Shown: positions 1 to 10,090, counted from the first letter of the stretch. The stretch: DNA of 64,000 nt from Spirochaetia bacterium (GCA_963668315.1 OY764216.1:4096001-4160000); one strand, 5' to 3'. Translations and numbers: made by a program. The notes: generated by a model not told the origin, from the sequence alone.

Positions 1-20
1 AAAATCCTTCCCTGTCCGCC

Positions 21-3000
21 TTAGAAACAGGAGGCCTTCAGATTCTGGCCGATCCCTTTGAACACATAGGTGAGCGGTTTCTGTCTTTCCCGGCCGATCT
101 TCAGATTTTTTTTCAGTGCCGCAATATACTGATCTCCCCTGCTCAGATAAAAGGCCATGGCCTTTGAGTAATTCTTACCGAGGAATCCGTCGAGGAACAG
201 ATTGCCTATCATTTTCTTTCTCTCAAGGACAGACTGGAACCTCAGGAATATCAGCCTCTCCTCGGGAGTCATCTGCTTCACCATTGCCTTGAGCACCGTC
301 CGGGCATGGGGCTGGTAATACCAGAAATAGAGAAGATCCAGGGCATCATAAATGGAAGAGTTCAGCAGCTCCGGATCTTCGATCTTAATGGTCTTTGCGA
401 CTTTCTTGGGGTTCTTCAGAAGATGGAGAACGCTGTCTTCGGGCAGAAGCAGCTCCATTCTGATAAAGGACCGGTACATCTGCCTGATCTTCCGCTGATA
501 ATCCCTTCGCCTCAGGCGGATATTACGGTTCCTGTCCGCCGTTCCCTCTATGACACCGGCGACACAGTCGGAAGCGGCCTTTGAAATGACGGCGGCCCAT
601 TTCTGGAGTATCATCTCAACGCCGGCAATACCCAGGGAGCCCAGCAATCCTCCCAGAAGGGCGTTGAAGGCAATAGCAAGGGGAATGGAGAGAATGGAAC
701 GGAAAAAATTACCGGCGATCGCCCCCGTGGGGAGTCCCCTCAGAAAATTGTGACTGGAAATATAAATTCCGTTCACCAGTGCCATGATTCCGTAAAGGGC
801 CAGCACATTGGTGGAGGTGTTGATTCCGAATCCCCTGTCCAGGAGGAGGGATTTAACGAGAAAATCCAGAAGGGGAACGGAGAACCCCGTATAAAGCAGG
901 GAGTCGGCGACGCGGCTCCAGTTCACATAGCTGTTCCAGGAAAGGAGGGGCGAACGGCGCAGGCTGTCCCCTCCCAGAACGGACTGCAGTATGTTCCTCA
1001 GCCCCGTTATGCCGAACCAGATGGGCGCTCCCAGATAGGCCAGAACCCACCACTGCTTGGTCAGGGAAAAGGTCAGGAATGCCGGGATGAAGCCTATGGC
1101 CACCTTGATGACATTCTTCATATTACTGTTAAGATATTTCCATTTATAGGAGAGACTTGATCGGTTCTCCCGAGCGTTCTCCCGCTCGGGAGCGGACTCT
1201 GAGGCCTGGGGTTTCCATCCCAGGGCGATGACATTATTGGCACCATCCCTGTCGGAGGAATAACTCTCGGCCAGCCACTCTCTGTTTTCGGTGAAACGGT
1301 TGACCATCAGAGGATTATCCTCTGAGTTTGAATAACGCTTAGTCTTCGCGGGAAAATATGTCCGCCTTACTCTCACGGGGAGGTAGATGGGCAGCAGCCG
1401 CTGCTCGTCCCTTTTTCTGACCTCCCTCTGGGTTTTTCTGGGCAGAGTGTCGATCACGGCAAGGCCCATTCCGTACAGCTGGCTCGACCTTCCCGTAGAG
1501 TCACTGCCCCACCGGTCGGCGATGGGATGATTCTCATAATAACGGAGAAGGCCCGGCAGGTCATTGAGTATATGATTCAGATTCTCCACGCGCTGCTCGG
1601 TATCCTCCTCATCCGACTCTTCCGCCTCTTCAATCAATGAGAGGATGGCCCTCTTCAGGGCAATGGTATTCCCCCTGTTGAGGGGATGCTGAAAGGACCG
1701 TATCCGGGGAATTTCATGATCCAGACCCTGGGCCCAGTCCTTATGGTTATAGATTTCCAGAGCTGATATGCTCCCTTTGCTCCGGTAGATAAGCTCAAGC
1801 ACATCTTCTGCATTAAGTCCCGTCAGATTGAGAGTTAATCGGTAGCCCGGATGTATGGAATCCAGCCTGTCAATCAGCTCTTCGAGGGGGGGATTTTTCT
1901 CCCCTTTCTTCTCCTTTTCCTGCTGTCCTCCGTCAAATTCCCGGAAATACTCCTCAAATATTTGTTCGGAGATACAGTTTTCCAATAGATCGATCTGATC
2001 TTCCAGAGCTTCTCTTTCGGGACCGGAGGCCCCTTCCGCCGCCTTACGGCAGATATCCAGCCTCTTTTTGAAGAGAGGCTGGGCCCTGGTATAGATGTAC
2101 TCGGAAAGATGGAGCATGGAAGCCTGACCGGTACCCACGAAACTCCTGAAATCCTTCGATTCCAGTTCCGGAAGATCCACGGCGTAGACCTTATTGAAGT
2201 TGAACCGCATCACCCGGTTGAACACTTTGAGGGCGGCAAAGACTTTCTTCTCCCTTTTACGGCTGAATTTAGCCCCCTCCTCCATAAAGGAGACAACTTC
2301 CGGTCTTTCCAGAAAACGCATGAAGCCGTCCGCATCGGAGAACCCCCGCGGGGTCCAGATCAGGGAAACGGCCCTTCCCCGCAGATCGGCTTTAAATTCC
2401 ACCCCTATGCGCAGTTCGATTTCCATGTATGAAGCCGCTGTCAGCAGTTCCTTGGCCGCTTCGGCGGGTATATAATTGTAATAGACAACGGTAAGAGAGC
2501 GGATGCCCTTAATCCAGGCATCCATAATAAGATGGGAGGGTGTCTTCCGCCCCTTGGTATGGGCATCGTGGACATGGTGATCAAAGGTCAGCTGATTCCA
2601 CTCTTCCGGCATTTCCAGGAGATGATAGGCTTTGAGAAATTTGCGGACAACCGCCGGCTTTCCCGTTAAAATGTTATGAAAATCATAGGCCAGTTCAAGG
2701 CGGCGCCGTTCATCCCCTTCTTCTCTGAGAAGATCTTTCATTACGGAAAGAAGGGCCCGCGCCGTATTCTTGCTCATCGATCCCTGGGAGCTGAAAATGA
2801 CCTCATCCCTGAGTGAGTGCAGCGCCTTAAGCCTATCGTCAGAGGAACCCTCTTCGAGGGTATCCAGAAGATTCCTCATGAGATTCGCCACCCGTATACC
2901 CTTGGAATCACCCAGTTCCTTGATCCCGCTCGGATGCATATGGTAATTAAAAAGGGGCTGCGGCTTTTTTTGCCGCCCCTGGTTTGCTCTTCTGTCGGGG

Positions 3001-3050
3001 AGATGCTCAAGTAATCTCCGGTCCCGTTCATTAAATAAAAAATCCCGCAC
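21..3050 (-). CDS. Large hypothetical protein with PHP-like metal-binding domain and C-terminal transmembrane region
   Basis: 1009-aa ORF, GTG start preceded by GAGG. PHP-like motifs FDHHVHDAHT, IGVEF, LEIYN and GSDS. Several hydrophobic helices at ~aa 645-835. Confidence 0.7.
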   Translation of the reverse strand: MRDFLFNERDRRLLEHLPDRRANQGRQKKPQPLFNYHMHPSGIKELGDSKGIRVANLMRNLLDTLEEGSSDDRLKALHSLRDEVIFSSQGSMSKNTARALLSVMKDLLREEGDERRRLELAYDFHNILTGKPAVVRKFLKAYHLLEMPEEWNQLTFDHHVHDAHTKGRKTPSHLIMDAWIKGIRSLTVVYYNYIPAEAAKELLTAASYMEIELRIGVEFKADLRGRAVSLIWTPRGFSDADGFMRFLERPEVVSFMEEGAKFSRKREKKVFAALKVFNRVMRFNFNKVYAVDLPELESKDFRSFVGTGQASMLHLSEYIYTRAQPLFKKRLDICRKAAEGASGPEREALEDQIDLLENCISEQIFEEYFREFDGGQQEKEKKGEKNPPLEELIDRLDSIHPGYRLTLNLTGLNAEDVLELIYRSKGSISALEIYNHKDWAQGLDHEIPRIRSFQHPLNRGNTIALKRAILSLIEEAEESDEEDTEQRVENLNHILNDLPGLLRYYENHPIADRWGSDSTGRSSQLYGMGLAVIDTLPRKTQREVRKRDEQRLLPIYLPVRVRRTYFPAKTKRYSNSEDNPLMVNRFTENREWLAESYSSDRDGANNVIALGWKPQASESAPERENARENRSSLSYKWKYLNSNMKNVIKVAIGFIPAFLTFSLTKQWWVLAYLGAPIWFGITGLRNILQSVLGGDSLRRSPLLSWNSYVNWSRVADSLLYTGFSVPLLDFLVKSLLLDRGFGINTSTNVLALYGIMALVNGIYISSHNFLRGLPTGAIAGNFFRSILSIPLAIAFNALLGGLLGSLGIAGVEMILQKWAAVISKAASDCVAGVIEGTADRNRNIRLRRRDYQRKIRQMYRSFIRMELLLPEDSVLHLLKNPKKVAKTIKIEDPELLNSSIYDALDLLYFWYYQPHARTVLKAMVKQMTPEERLIFLRFQSVLERKKMIGNLFLDGFLGKNYSKAMAFYLSRGDQYIAALKKNLKIGRERQKPLTYVFKGIGQNLKASCF

Positions 3051-3190
3051 TTTATTATCCTCAAGTCAAAAATTCGTCTAGGGAATACACTTCCCCCTAT
3101 TGCTTATGCCCGAAGCCGGGGCACAAAATATTATACACCCAAAAAGGCACACGTGTGCTTTCTTTTTCTATTTTTCTTCCCCCGGGACAT

Positions 3191-3233
3191 AAAAGAAGAC
3201 CTCCGGCGGATCGTTTTTTCATCCGCCGGAGGT
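3191..3233 (-). terminator. Rho-independent terminator downstream of the histidine phosphatase gene
   Basis: Inverted repeat ACCTCCGGCGGAT (3199-3211) / ATCCGCCGGAGGT (3221-3233), followed on the minus strand by CTTCTTTT. Confidence 0.75.
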
Positions 3234-3258
3234 TGATAATTAAGACCAGGTCCCGCCC

Positions 3259-4689
3259 TTAATAGTCGGCTTTCAGTGTTTCGATGTTTTCTTCCAGGGT
3301 CGTCTCAAGGCCGAAACCCAGATCCTCCACCTTCCTGCCGTAATAGGCTTTCACATCGGACCAGTTATAGTAGTGTCCCGATACGGGCTTTATGGTTTCG
3401 GCAAAAGAAGTCTCCTTCTCATTAAGCAATACCTTCACCAGAGGTTTCTTTCCGTCGGCGGTATAGACGATCCACTCCAGATTCGCGGCCATGGGCCCGT
3501 AGTAAGCCACATCCCAATACTCTATGGCTTCAGCAATATCATCGCTGGGCACGGCGGAATCCTCGATCTCAAGAAAACCGACCAGGGGTACCACCGTCTC
3601 GGCATGGGCGAAACTGAAAACACCCGTGTAGTCCGTCTCTCCCGCCAGATAGGCATCCACCTCGTTTATCATCCTTTTCGCCAGGGGCGCCATGATCTCC
3701 AGGGAGATGGGCTCTTCATTCACCCTGCCCGGTCCTTTCGTGTAAAAGGATTTGGCATTCTGAACTTTCTCGAACAGCACAAGCTCTTCCTCTTTGAAAT
3801 AGCCGCTCATATCAACATCGGAAAAACCGTCGTCCTCAAGGGCGGGCAGAATGATGTACATTTCCCAGAGAGCATTGGTGGCCGTTGCCAGGCTGTTGAT
3901 AATAACATCGTCATCCTCGCTGTAAAATTCGAATTCCCCCTTATCAAGCCGATCGACAAATTCCGGGGTGAAGAACTGGGAAATAACCCGCTTGTTGATG
4001 GCCCTTGCCTCATCGGTTTCGGTAAAGGAGATAATGTCCTCATACCAGTCGCCGTTTTCCTTATAGTCATCATACTTTCCGGCGATATCAAGGGATCTCA
4101 GATAGGGGTCTTTTTTCTTTTCATTCTGTACGACACTTATTTCCCCACTATATCCCGTCGTCCTTAGTCCGGTCAGGAAACTGTCCCTGGACTCGCAGGT
4201 TCTCTCCTTATAGGTGGCGTCGGCAAATAGGGGCCTGCCCTCATCAAAAAGATCCTTATAGAGGACTCCGGTTCTCTGTCCTATCATATAGAGCTCGTTC
4301 TTTCCGAGAAGCGTCAATAAGCCGTATTTGCCCTTTTCATAGGCTGCGATTCTCTCTATATCCTTCTTTACAGTATATCCCGCCTCGGATAGAGCCCCTT
4401 CGGACTCGGCCAGAGCTATCATATCCAGCCAGGATTTGTCATATTTGAAGCCGGACAGATTTCTTGACCCGTGACGGTTCAGCCAATAGATAAACTCCGC
4501 CTCATACCCTTCCGGCGGCTGTGTATACACGGCTCCCACCGGCTCCGGATAGGGAACCTTCGAGCCCAGATAGAGAGAACCGGTACTTTCTGCCTTCTCC
4601 ACGGCAACCGCACCGCCATCCGTCCTGCCGGAAGGAAAAAGGGTGAAGGATAAAGCAAAGACACATAAAAACAATAAGACTTTTCTCAT
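3259..4689 (-). CDS. Secreted histidine acid phosphatase (clade 2), MINPP/phytase-like
   Basis: RHGSR catalytic motif and C-terminal HAE proton-donor motif (FAHAET). Signal peptide MRKVLLFLCVF. Start moved to ATG 4689 (GGAG SD). Confidence 0.85.
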   Translation of the reverse strand: MRKVLLFLCVFALSFTLFPSGRTDGGAVAVEKAESTGSLYLGSKVPYPEPVGAVYTQPPEGYEAEFIYWLNRHGSRNLSGFKYDKSWLDMIALAESEGALSEAGYTVKKDIERIAAYEKGKYGLLTLLGKNELYMIGQRTGVLYKDLFDEGRPLFADATYKERTCESRDSFLTGLRTTGYSGEISVVQNEKKKDPYLRSLDIAGKYDDYKENGDWYEDIISFTETDEARAINKRVISQFFTPEFVDRLDKGEFEFYSEDDDVIINSLATATNALWEMYIILPALEDDGFSDVDMSGYFKEEELVLFEKVQNAKSFYTKGPGRVNEEPISLEIMAPLAKRMINEVDAYLAGETDYTGVFSFAHAETVVPLVGFLEIEDSAVPSDDIAEAIEYWDVAYYGPMAANLEWIVYTADGKKPLVKVLLNEKETSFAETIKPVSGHYYNWSDVKAYYGRKVEDLGFGLETTLEENIETLKADY

Positions 4690-4857
4690 AAAAAACTCCC
4701 TTTGAACATAGTTCAAAAAAGGCGGTAAATCATGCTGCCGCAGACATATCCGATTCTCATTAGACATACGTATGTTTACTTTTAAAGACCGGACAAACCG
4801 AGATTAGCCGTCCGGATGACATGGGATTTTTCTCCCTGCAAGATATTTCCTATTTTT

Positions 4858-4917
4858 TTATAGGCAAATTAGATAGATAAACCCTACCCTTAGGTTATGA
4901 TATTGTATTTCTACCAT
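4858..4917 (-). CDS. Putative 19-aa upstream ORF MVEIQYHNLRVGFIYLICL
   Basis: AAGGAG SD 4 nt before the ATG. Lies between a consensus promoter and the phosphatase gene. Translated by hand. Confidence 0.35.
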   Translation of the reverse strand: MVEIQYHNLRVGFIYLICL

Positions 4918-4962
4918 ATCGCTCCTTCTTTATACAGATTTGTAAAAAATGGCTCAAACTTC

Positions 4963-5007
4963 CTTAAACGTTTAAGTAATTATAATATCAAAACGGCAAA
5001 CTGTCAA
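4963..5007 (-). promoter_or_regulatory. Consensus sigma70 promoter with adjacent LacI-type palindrome
   Basis: TTGACA (5007-5002), 17-nt spacer, TATAAT (4984-4979). Perfect palindrome CTTAAACGTTTAAG at 4963-4976 over the predicted start site. Confidence 0.75.
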
Positions 5008-5155
5008 GGAAAAATAATGAAGCTCTCCGATAGGGTACGGGAATGTTTCCCCGGAATGGGAGAAACTGGTTTATGATCAGGAAAGGGGATGAAAACCGTC
5101 CGATCACCACAGATCAGGTCATCGATACGGTTTTCCTTCGGTTCCCCTCTTCTGC

Positions 5156-5914
5156 CTAAGACGTCCCAAGAAGCTGACTTCTCAGGGACACTAGTTCTTT
5201 CACATGCATGGTGGTTATGGAATGAACGCCGGCCCTTATATATTTCTCAAAGTCATCCCCGGGACCGACAGTCCAGACGGCTATGGGAAGGAAGCGCTGA
5301 TCCGCATGGACCTGCAGTTCCTTTCTGTAGAGATTATGACGGATATTAATGCCGCAGCAGCCGGCGGAAACGGCCGTGTCACAAATGCCCTTCACCTTCC
5401 TTTCATAGGAGTAATCGCTCCTCTCCATAAACGCCTCATCGGCATTCAAGAGAACCTGGAATTCGGGATAGTTGGACTTCAAGTAGGACGCTCTGACCTT
5501 GCCGCATCCGGAAAAAATCACCCCTTCCGCCAGATCGCGGTTTTTCACCAGTTTCGCCACAGGAACGATACACTCATCATCCTTGATATCCAGATTAAGA
5601 AGAATTCCCTTATCCCTGGCGATCTGCAACGCTTCCGCCAGGGGGATGATCTCTCCGTACGAAGAGGAATGGGTAATTTCCTTCCTTTTGAAGAGGCCGG
5701 ATATCTCATCGTAGCTCAGCTTCTCTATGGGTAGTTTCTCCCCCTCCTTCGTCTCCAGGAAATCGTCATGCCAGAGAATCGGGACTTCATCACCGGTGCC
5801 CCTTACATCAACCTCACAGACATCGGCACCCCACTCGGCTCCCTTCAGAAGGGACTCTATGGTATTCTGCGGCGTATCATTACACCCGGTATGGGCGGTT
5901 ATCAGAAGATTCAT
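5156..5914 (-). CDS. Glycerophosphodiester phosphodiesterase family protein (GDPD)
   Basis: AHTG...PQNT...EVDV...HD and WTV motifs of the GDPD TIM barrel. Confidence 0.85.
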   Translation of the reverse strand: MNLLITAHTGCNDTPQNTIESLLKGAEWGADVCEVDVRGTGDEVPILWHDDFLETKEGEKLPIEKLSYDEISGLFKRKEITHSSSYGEIIPLAEALQIARDKGILLNLDIKDDECIVPVAKLVKNRDLAEGVIFSGCGKVRASYLKSNYPEFQVLLNADEAFMERSDYSYERKVKGICDTAVSAGCCGINIRHNLYRKELQVHADQRFLPIAVWTVGPGDDFEKYIRAGVHSITTMHVKELVSLRSQLLGTS

Positions 5915-5927
5915 TTTACCCTCCTTC

Positions 5928-6761
5928 CTACTTCAGCCCCATGGAGAAGCCGTCTGTCAGGTGCTTGTAGTAGAAACCCGAGAAGAGCAGAACAGGAAGG
6001 GTCGCCAAAAGGCCGATGGCCATCAGCTCTCCCCACAGGGTCTCGTACTCGGTAATGAAACTGACGATTTTCAGGGGCAGGGTCTGCAGGGAGGGAGTTC
6101 TGATAAAGAGCAGGGCGAACAGGAACTCATCCCATGCGATGATCACACTGAAGATCGCCGTGGCCACGATGCCCCCCGAAGAGAGGGGAACCACAATATG
6201 GGTCAGGATCTTCATCCGGGAAGCCCCGTCTATCTCGGCGGCCTGTTCAAACTCGAGGGGCAGGGATTTCATAAAGCCGAAAAGCATCCAGATACAGTAA
6301 GGAAGCGTGTATACCTGATAGACCATGATGAGGCCCCAATGGTTGTTTATCAGCTTCACCTGGGAAAACAGGGTATAAAGGGGGATGGAAAGTACCATGG
6401 GGGGAAGGATCTTGACGACCAGAACCCATATGAGGAAGATCACATTCAGCTTAAAGGGGAAATTATGCCTGATGAGGGCATAGGAGGCAAGAAAGGCAAG
6501 GACCAGCGAGATGGCCGTGGATGTGAAAGCCACAAATATACTGTTCATCAGGTTCGTCAGAAATCCCCCTTTCAATACGTTGACAAAGTTCTCCAGACTG
6601 ACGATTTTAGGAAAAAACGTCGGGATGGGAGCGATATTCTCCAGGGGGGTCTTCACGGCTGTTATGAGAATCCAGTAAATGGGAAAAAGGGAGACCGCCA
6701 GCACAAGGATCATAAAAATCCAGAAAAAGATGCCCTTCCGGGCCATTACGGAACCAGCCAT
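5928..6761 (-). CDS. Carbohydrate ABC transporter permease (MalG-like)
   Basis: EQAAEIDGAS EAA loop, 6 TM segments, WDEFLFA motif. Confidence 0.92.
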   Translation of the reverse strand: MAGSVMARKGIFFWIFMILVLAVSLFPIYWILITAVKTPLENIAPIPTFFPKIVSLENFVNVLKGGFLTNLMNSIFVAFTSTAISLVLAFLASYALIRHNFPFKLNVIFLIWVLVVKILPPMVLSIPLYTLFSQVKLINNHWGLIMVYQVYTLPYCIWMLFGFMKSLPLEFEQAAEIDGASRMKILTHIVVPLSSGGIVATAIFSVIIAWDEFLFALLFIRTPSLQTLPLKIVSFITEYETLWGELMAIGLLATLPVLLFSGFYYKHLTDGFSMGLK

Positions 6762-7639
6762 CAGTTGTCCTCCTTCATTATGCCCCGAATGTAGAACGAA
6801 GCGATGATAGCGATAACGATAAGTACATAGAGGGCGGAGGCGCTGGCCCGTCCCAGATTGAAATAGGAGAAACCTTCCCGGTAGATATAGTAGGAAACCG
6901 TTTCGGTGGCGTTTCCCGGCCCTCCCTGGGTCAGGGCGTACACCTTACCGAAGATTCGGAAGGTGTCGATGGTGCGCAGCATGATGACCAGAAGGATCTG
7001 GCTGCTCAGGATGGGAAGAGTCACGGCCCGCAGATTGAGAAAATATCCCGCCCCGTCGATACTGGACGCCTCGAATATCTCCCTGGGTATGGAATTCAGC
7101 CCCGCCTGCATCACAAGGAAGGCGAAAGGGGTCCACTGCCATATATCCACGATGATAATGGAGGAGAGGGCCCGCATCTTGTCGGTAAGCCAACCCACCG
7201 GTTCAAGGCCGATAGATTTTAATATATAGTTGAAAAGTCCGATGTCATAGTGATAGAGAACTTTCCAGACGGAACAGACAACCATGGTTGACACCATCAT
7301 CGGGAAGATGACGGTTATCATGAAGGGCCGTTTTCCCGGGAAATGACCGTAAAACATCAATGCCAGAAAAATTCCCAGGGTTACCTCGAAAATCGTCGCA
7401 AAAAAGGCGAAGACGATCGTATTGAGGAAGGCCGTCTGGAAAACCGTATCTTTTCCTATGGAGATAAAGTTCTTTAAGCCGACGAAGCCCCGGTCATCGG
7501 AAAGATAGTCATATTTGAAAAAGGAAAGAATGATAGTATTCAGTACCGGATAGATTGTTAGAAACAGGATGACTAACAAAGCGGGCATAAATATCAATGT
7601 ATAAAAGGTCGTATTTTTCTTTGAGTATATAGTGTTCAT
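6761..7639 (-). CDS. Carbohydrate ABC transporter permease (MalF-like)
   Basis: EASSIDGA loop, TQGGPG motif, TM helices. Start uncertain (7639 or 7651). Confidence 0.92.
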   Translation of the reverse strand: MNTIYSKKNTTFYTLIFMPALLVILFLTIYPVLNTIILSFFKYDYLSDDRGFVGLKNFISIGKDTVFQTAFLNTIVFAFFATIFEVTLGIFLALMFYGHFPGKRPFMITVIFPMMVSTMVVCSVWKVLYHYDIGLFNYILKSIGLEPVGWLTDKMRALSSIIIVDIWQWTPFAFLVMQAGLNSIPREIFEASSIDGAGYFLNLRAVTLPILSSQILLVIMLRTIDTFRIFGKVYALTQGGPGNATETVSYYIYREGFSYFNLGRASASALYVLIVIAIIASFYIRGIMKEDN

Positions 7640-7664
7640 AAATACCTGCAATAGTGGGAAATGA

Positions 7665-7685
7665 CCCGGTCCGCTCGGGACCGGG
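7665..7685. other. Intergenic stem-loop after the SBP gene
   Basis: CCCGGTCC-GCTCG-GGACCGGG between the SBP and permease genes. Confidence 0.55.
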
Positions 7686-7697
7686 ATGGGGAATTAC

Positions 7698-8969
7698 CTA
7701 TTCAACAATCTCGCCGATCTTGGCGTTTACCTGATCGAGTGCTTCCTGAGCGGTGAGATCACCGATAAGAGCCACCTGGAGATAGGTGCCCAGGGCTTCT
7801 TCTATCTCTTTCCATTTATTCGTCCGGGGACGGGGAACGCCGTTCTGAAGACCGTCCAGCTGAGCGGGATACCAGGCGTACTTCTCTATCAGGGAAGGTA
7901 TTTCGTGAACGCTCTTCCTGGTGGGGGGAATACCCGTGGCGTCGGCCATTTTCGCCTGCATGTCGGCGCTTGTCAGAAACTGGAGAAAATCAAAGGCTGC
8001 GTCTTTGTTATGGGACGATTCGGGAATACCGGCCAGCCAAACGCCGATCATGGGAGAGGATTTCTCCACCTGGGCGGGATGCTTGGTGACAACGACCTTG
8101 CCCACAACATTGGACACGGCGGGATTATCCAGGTCGCTGATCCAGCCGGGCCAGACTTCGATGGCCATGGCGCCGGTTCCGGCATAGACCGCATCCTTCA
8201 CCTGGGCCGACTGATACATGGCGACCCCTTCGGGAGCGTACTTGGCCAGGGCCAGGAAAAATTCCAGAGCCGCCAGCGCCTCGGGGCTGTCCATGGCGGG
8301 TTTGCCGTCCACCAGCACCTTTCCGCCGAAGGACCAGAAAAGGGGCAGGAAACCGGTTACGATGGGGTTTCCCTTGGCGCCTCTGAAGAGAACGGGGAAG
8401 ACATCCGGTTCATTGGCATCAAAGGTCTTTGCCGCCGCCATAACCTTATCCCAGGTATCGGGGACGTCCAGGCCGTATTTCTCGATAAGGTCCTTTCTGT
8501 AGGCGAACAGCTCCACATTTCCCACCAGGGGAAGGGAGTAGAGAGTTCCCTGGTCACCGTAGGGATACCGCCCCAGTTTGGTGAGTGAGGGAATGAAATC
8601 GGGATCCAGGGTGAGGCCCTTTGCGTCATACATGGCGCCCAGATCGGCCAGCCATCCGGCTTTCTGTATCTGAGTGGCGTTGGGGTCATCTATGAGAATC
8701 ACATCATAGGTTCCCACGCCCCCTTTCATGTCGATGACGGATTTTTCAAACAGACTGGAGCCGGAAAGCTTCAAGATCTCAAAGCTGATGTCGCTGTGCA
8801 GGGCGGCATATTCATCGCAGGCCATCTGCATCGCATCACCATAGGCGCCGTCTCGGCCGGCAATAGTCAGGGTAACCGGTCCTCCCTCATCCTGTCCGCC
8901 CGAGGCGAATACAGCCTGCGGGACAACAAAAAGAAGTGCCGTTAACAGAACAATGATTTTTTTCTTCAT
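7698..8969 (-). CDS. Sugar/polyol ABC transporter substrate-binding protein (family 1)
   Basis: Signal peptide MKKKIIVLL...VFASGGQDE, SBP family 1 features, operon with two permeases. GGAGG SD before ATG 8969. Confidence 0.9.
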   Translation of the reverse strand: MKKKIIVLLTALLFVVPQAVFASGGQDEGGPVTLTIAGRDGAYGDAMQMACDEYAALHSDISFEILKLSGSSLFEKSVIDMKGGVGTYDVILIDDPNATQIQKAGWLADLGAMYDAKGLTLDPDFIPSLTKLGRYPYGDQGTLYSLPLVGNVELFAYRKDLIEKYGLDVPDTWDKVMAAAKTFDANEPDVFPVLFRGAKGNPIVTGFLPLFWSFGGKVLVDGKPAMDSPEALAALEFFLALAKYAPEGVAMYQSAQVKDAVYAGTGAMAIEVWPGWISDLDNPAVSNVVGKVVVTKHPAQVEKSSPMIGVWLAGIPESSHNKDAAFDFLQFLTSADMQAKMADATGIPPTRKSVHEIPSLIEKYAWYPAQLDGLQNGVPRPRTNKWKEIEEALGTYLQVALIGDLTAQEALDQVNAKIGEIVE

Positions 8970-9118
8970 AAAATCCTCCATTTACAGAAAAAATTATAGA
9001 AAGAGTCTCGCAAATTGACAATGATTTTTTCCCCGCCGCTTATTTAGCGAAAAAAGATTAATAGCGAAATACACGTAATAAGTGTATAATGCTTGTTAAG
9101 TTTATTTTGTGAGTGTCT

Positions 9119-10090
9119 ATGGAAACGAATAACCCGGGAAAACGCCGTCTAAAGCAGCAGGATCTGGTCTCCAGTATTTTCCGGCTCTTCGCCGATGAAT
9201 ATGAGAACAGTGATGCCGAATCCATCTGGGACATTAACCTTCCCATCGAACGGATAAAAGAGTACCTTAAAGAGAAGCATGATACGTCCTACCGCAGCAA
9301 CCTGTGGATATACACCCAGCTGAAGCGCTATGAGGAAGAGGCGGGCATCAGGCTTTTCACCAAAGAGCAGAGCGGGCGGAACAACCAGATGTTCAACCTG
9401 CGCATCTACGACAGAATGCTCTCCTTCGCCCAGAAACAGCATCTCTATGTGACAAGGAAGATAAAGGTTGCCAACGGGGTTTTCGATAAAATCATCAACA
9501 GGCTGAACGAGCAGCCCGATTCCCGGCCGGTGACCCTCATGCTCGGAGCGGGCAGCACCATCTTCCATCTGGCGGAAATCATAGCGGAATATTCACAGCA
9601 GAGCCGCCATGAATGGCATATATACACCCACAATATAGGGGTCATCCACCGGCTTCTGGCGCCCGATGTCAACTCGTCCAGGGTAAAGCTGTCCATTCCC
9701 GGAGGAAATATCGATCCCGCCACCTACTGCATCGTCTCGGAGGATGTCAGCTTTTACGAAAACGTCCCCTTTGATTTTATCGTCCAGGGGACCAGCAGTG
9801 TGGTGGACGGGGAACTCTATATCGAGTCGGTGGAGGAATCGGCCATGAAAGAGGCCATTCTTCACAACTGCACGGGAGAAAAGATTCTTGTCCTGACAAA
9901 GCACGAATTCAGCAACCCCCTGGCGGGCAGAAAGTCCTACGGGAAAATATCCGACTACGATTTTCTGGTCATCCCCCGCATTCAGAAGGATTCGGCCCAC
10001 AAGAAGGATTACGAGAAGGAATTCGACCGGTACAGGGACCTCTTCCAGGCCTATATCGTCAACTGGAATTACGAGATACTCTCTTCCTGA
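9119..10090 (+). CDS. DeoR/GlpR-like transcriptional regulator (divergent N-terminus)
   Basis: C-terminal DeoR sensor motifs (K..IA-like, LGAGST, THN, GG, E...K..I). Divergently transcribed from the ABC operon. Confidence 0.7.
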   Translation: METNNPGKRRLKQQDLVSSIFRLFADEYENSDAESIWDINLPIERIKEYLKEKHDTSYRSNLWIYTQLKRYEEEAGIRLFTKEQSGRNNQMFNLRIYDRMLSFAQKQHLYVTRKIKVANGVFDKIINRLNEQPDSRPVTLMLGAGSTIFHLAEIIAEYSQQSRHEWHIYTHNIGVIHRLLAPDVNSSRVKLSIPGGNIDPATYCIVSEDVSFYENVPFDFIVQGTSSVVDGELYIESVEESAMKEAILHNCTGEKILVLTKHEFSNPLAGRKSYGKISDYDFLVIPRIQKDSAHKKDYEKEFDRYRDLFQAYIVNWNYEILSS

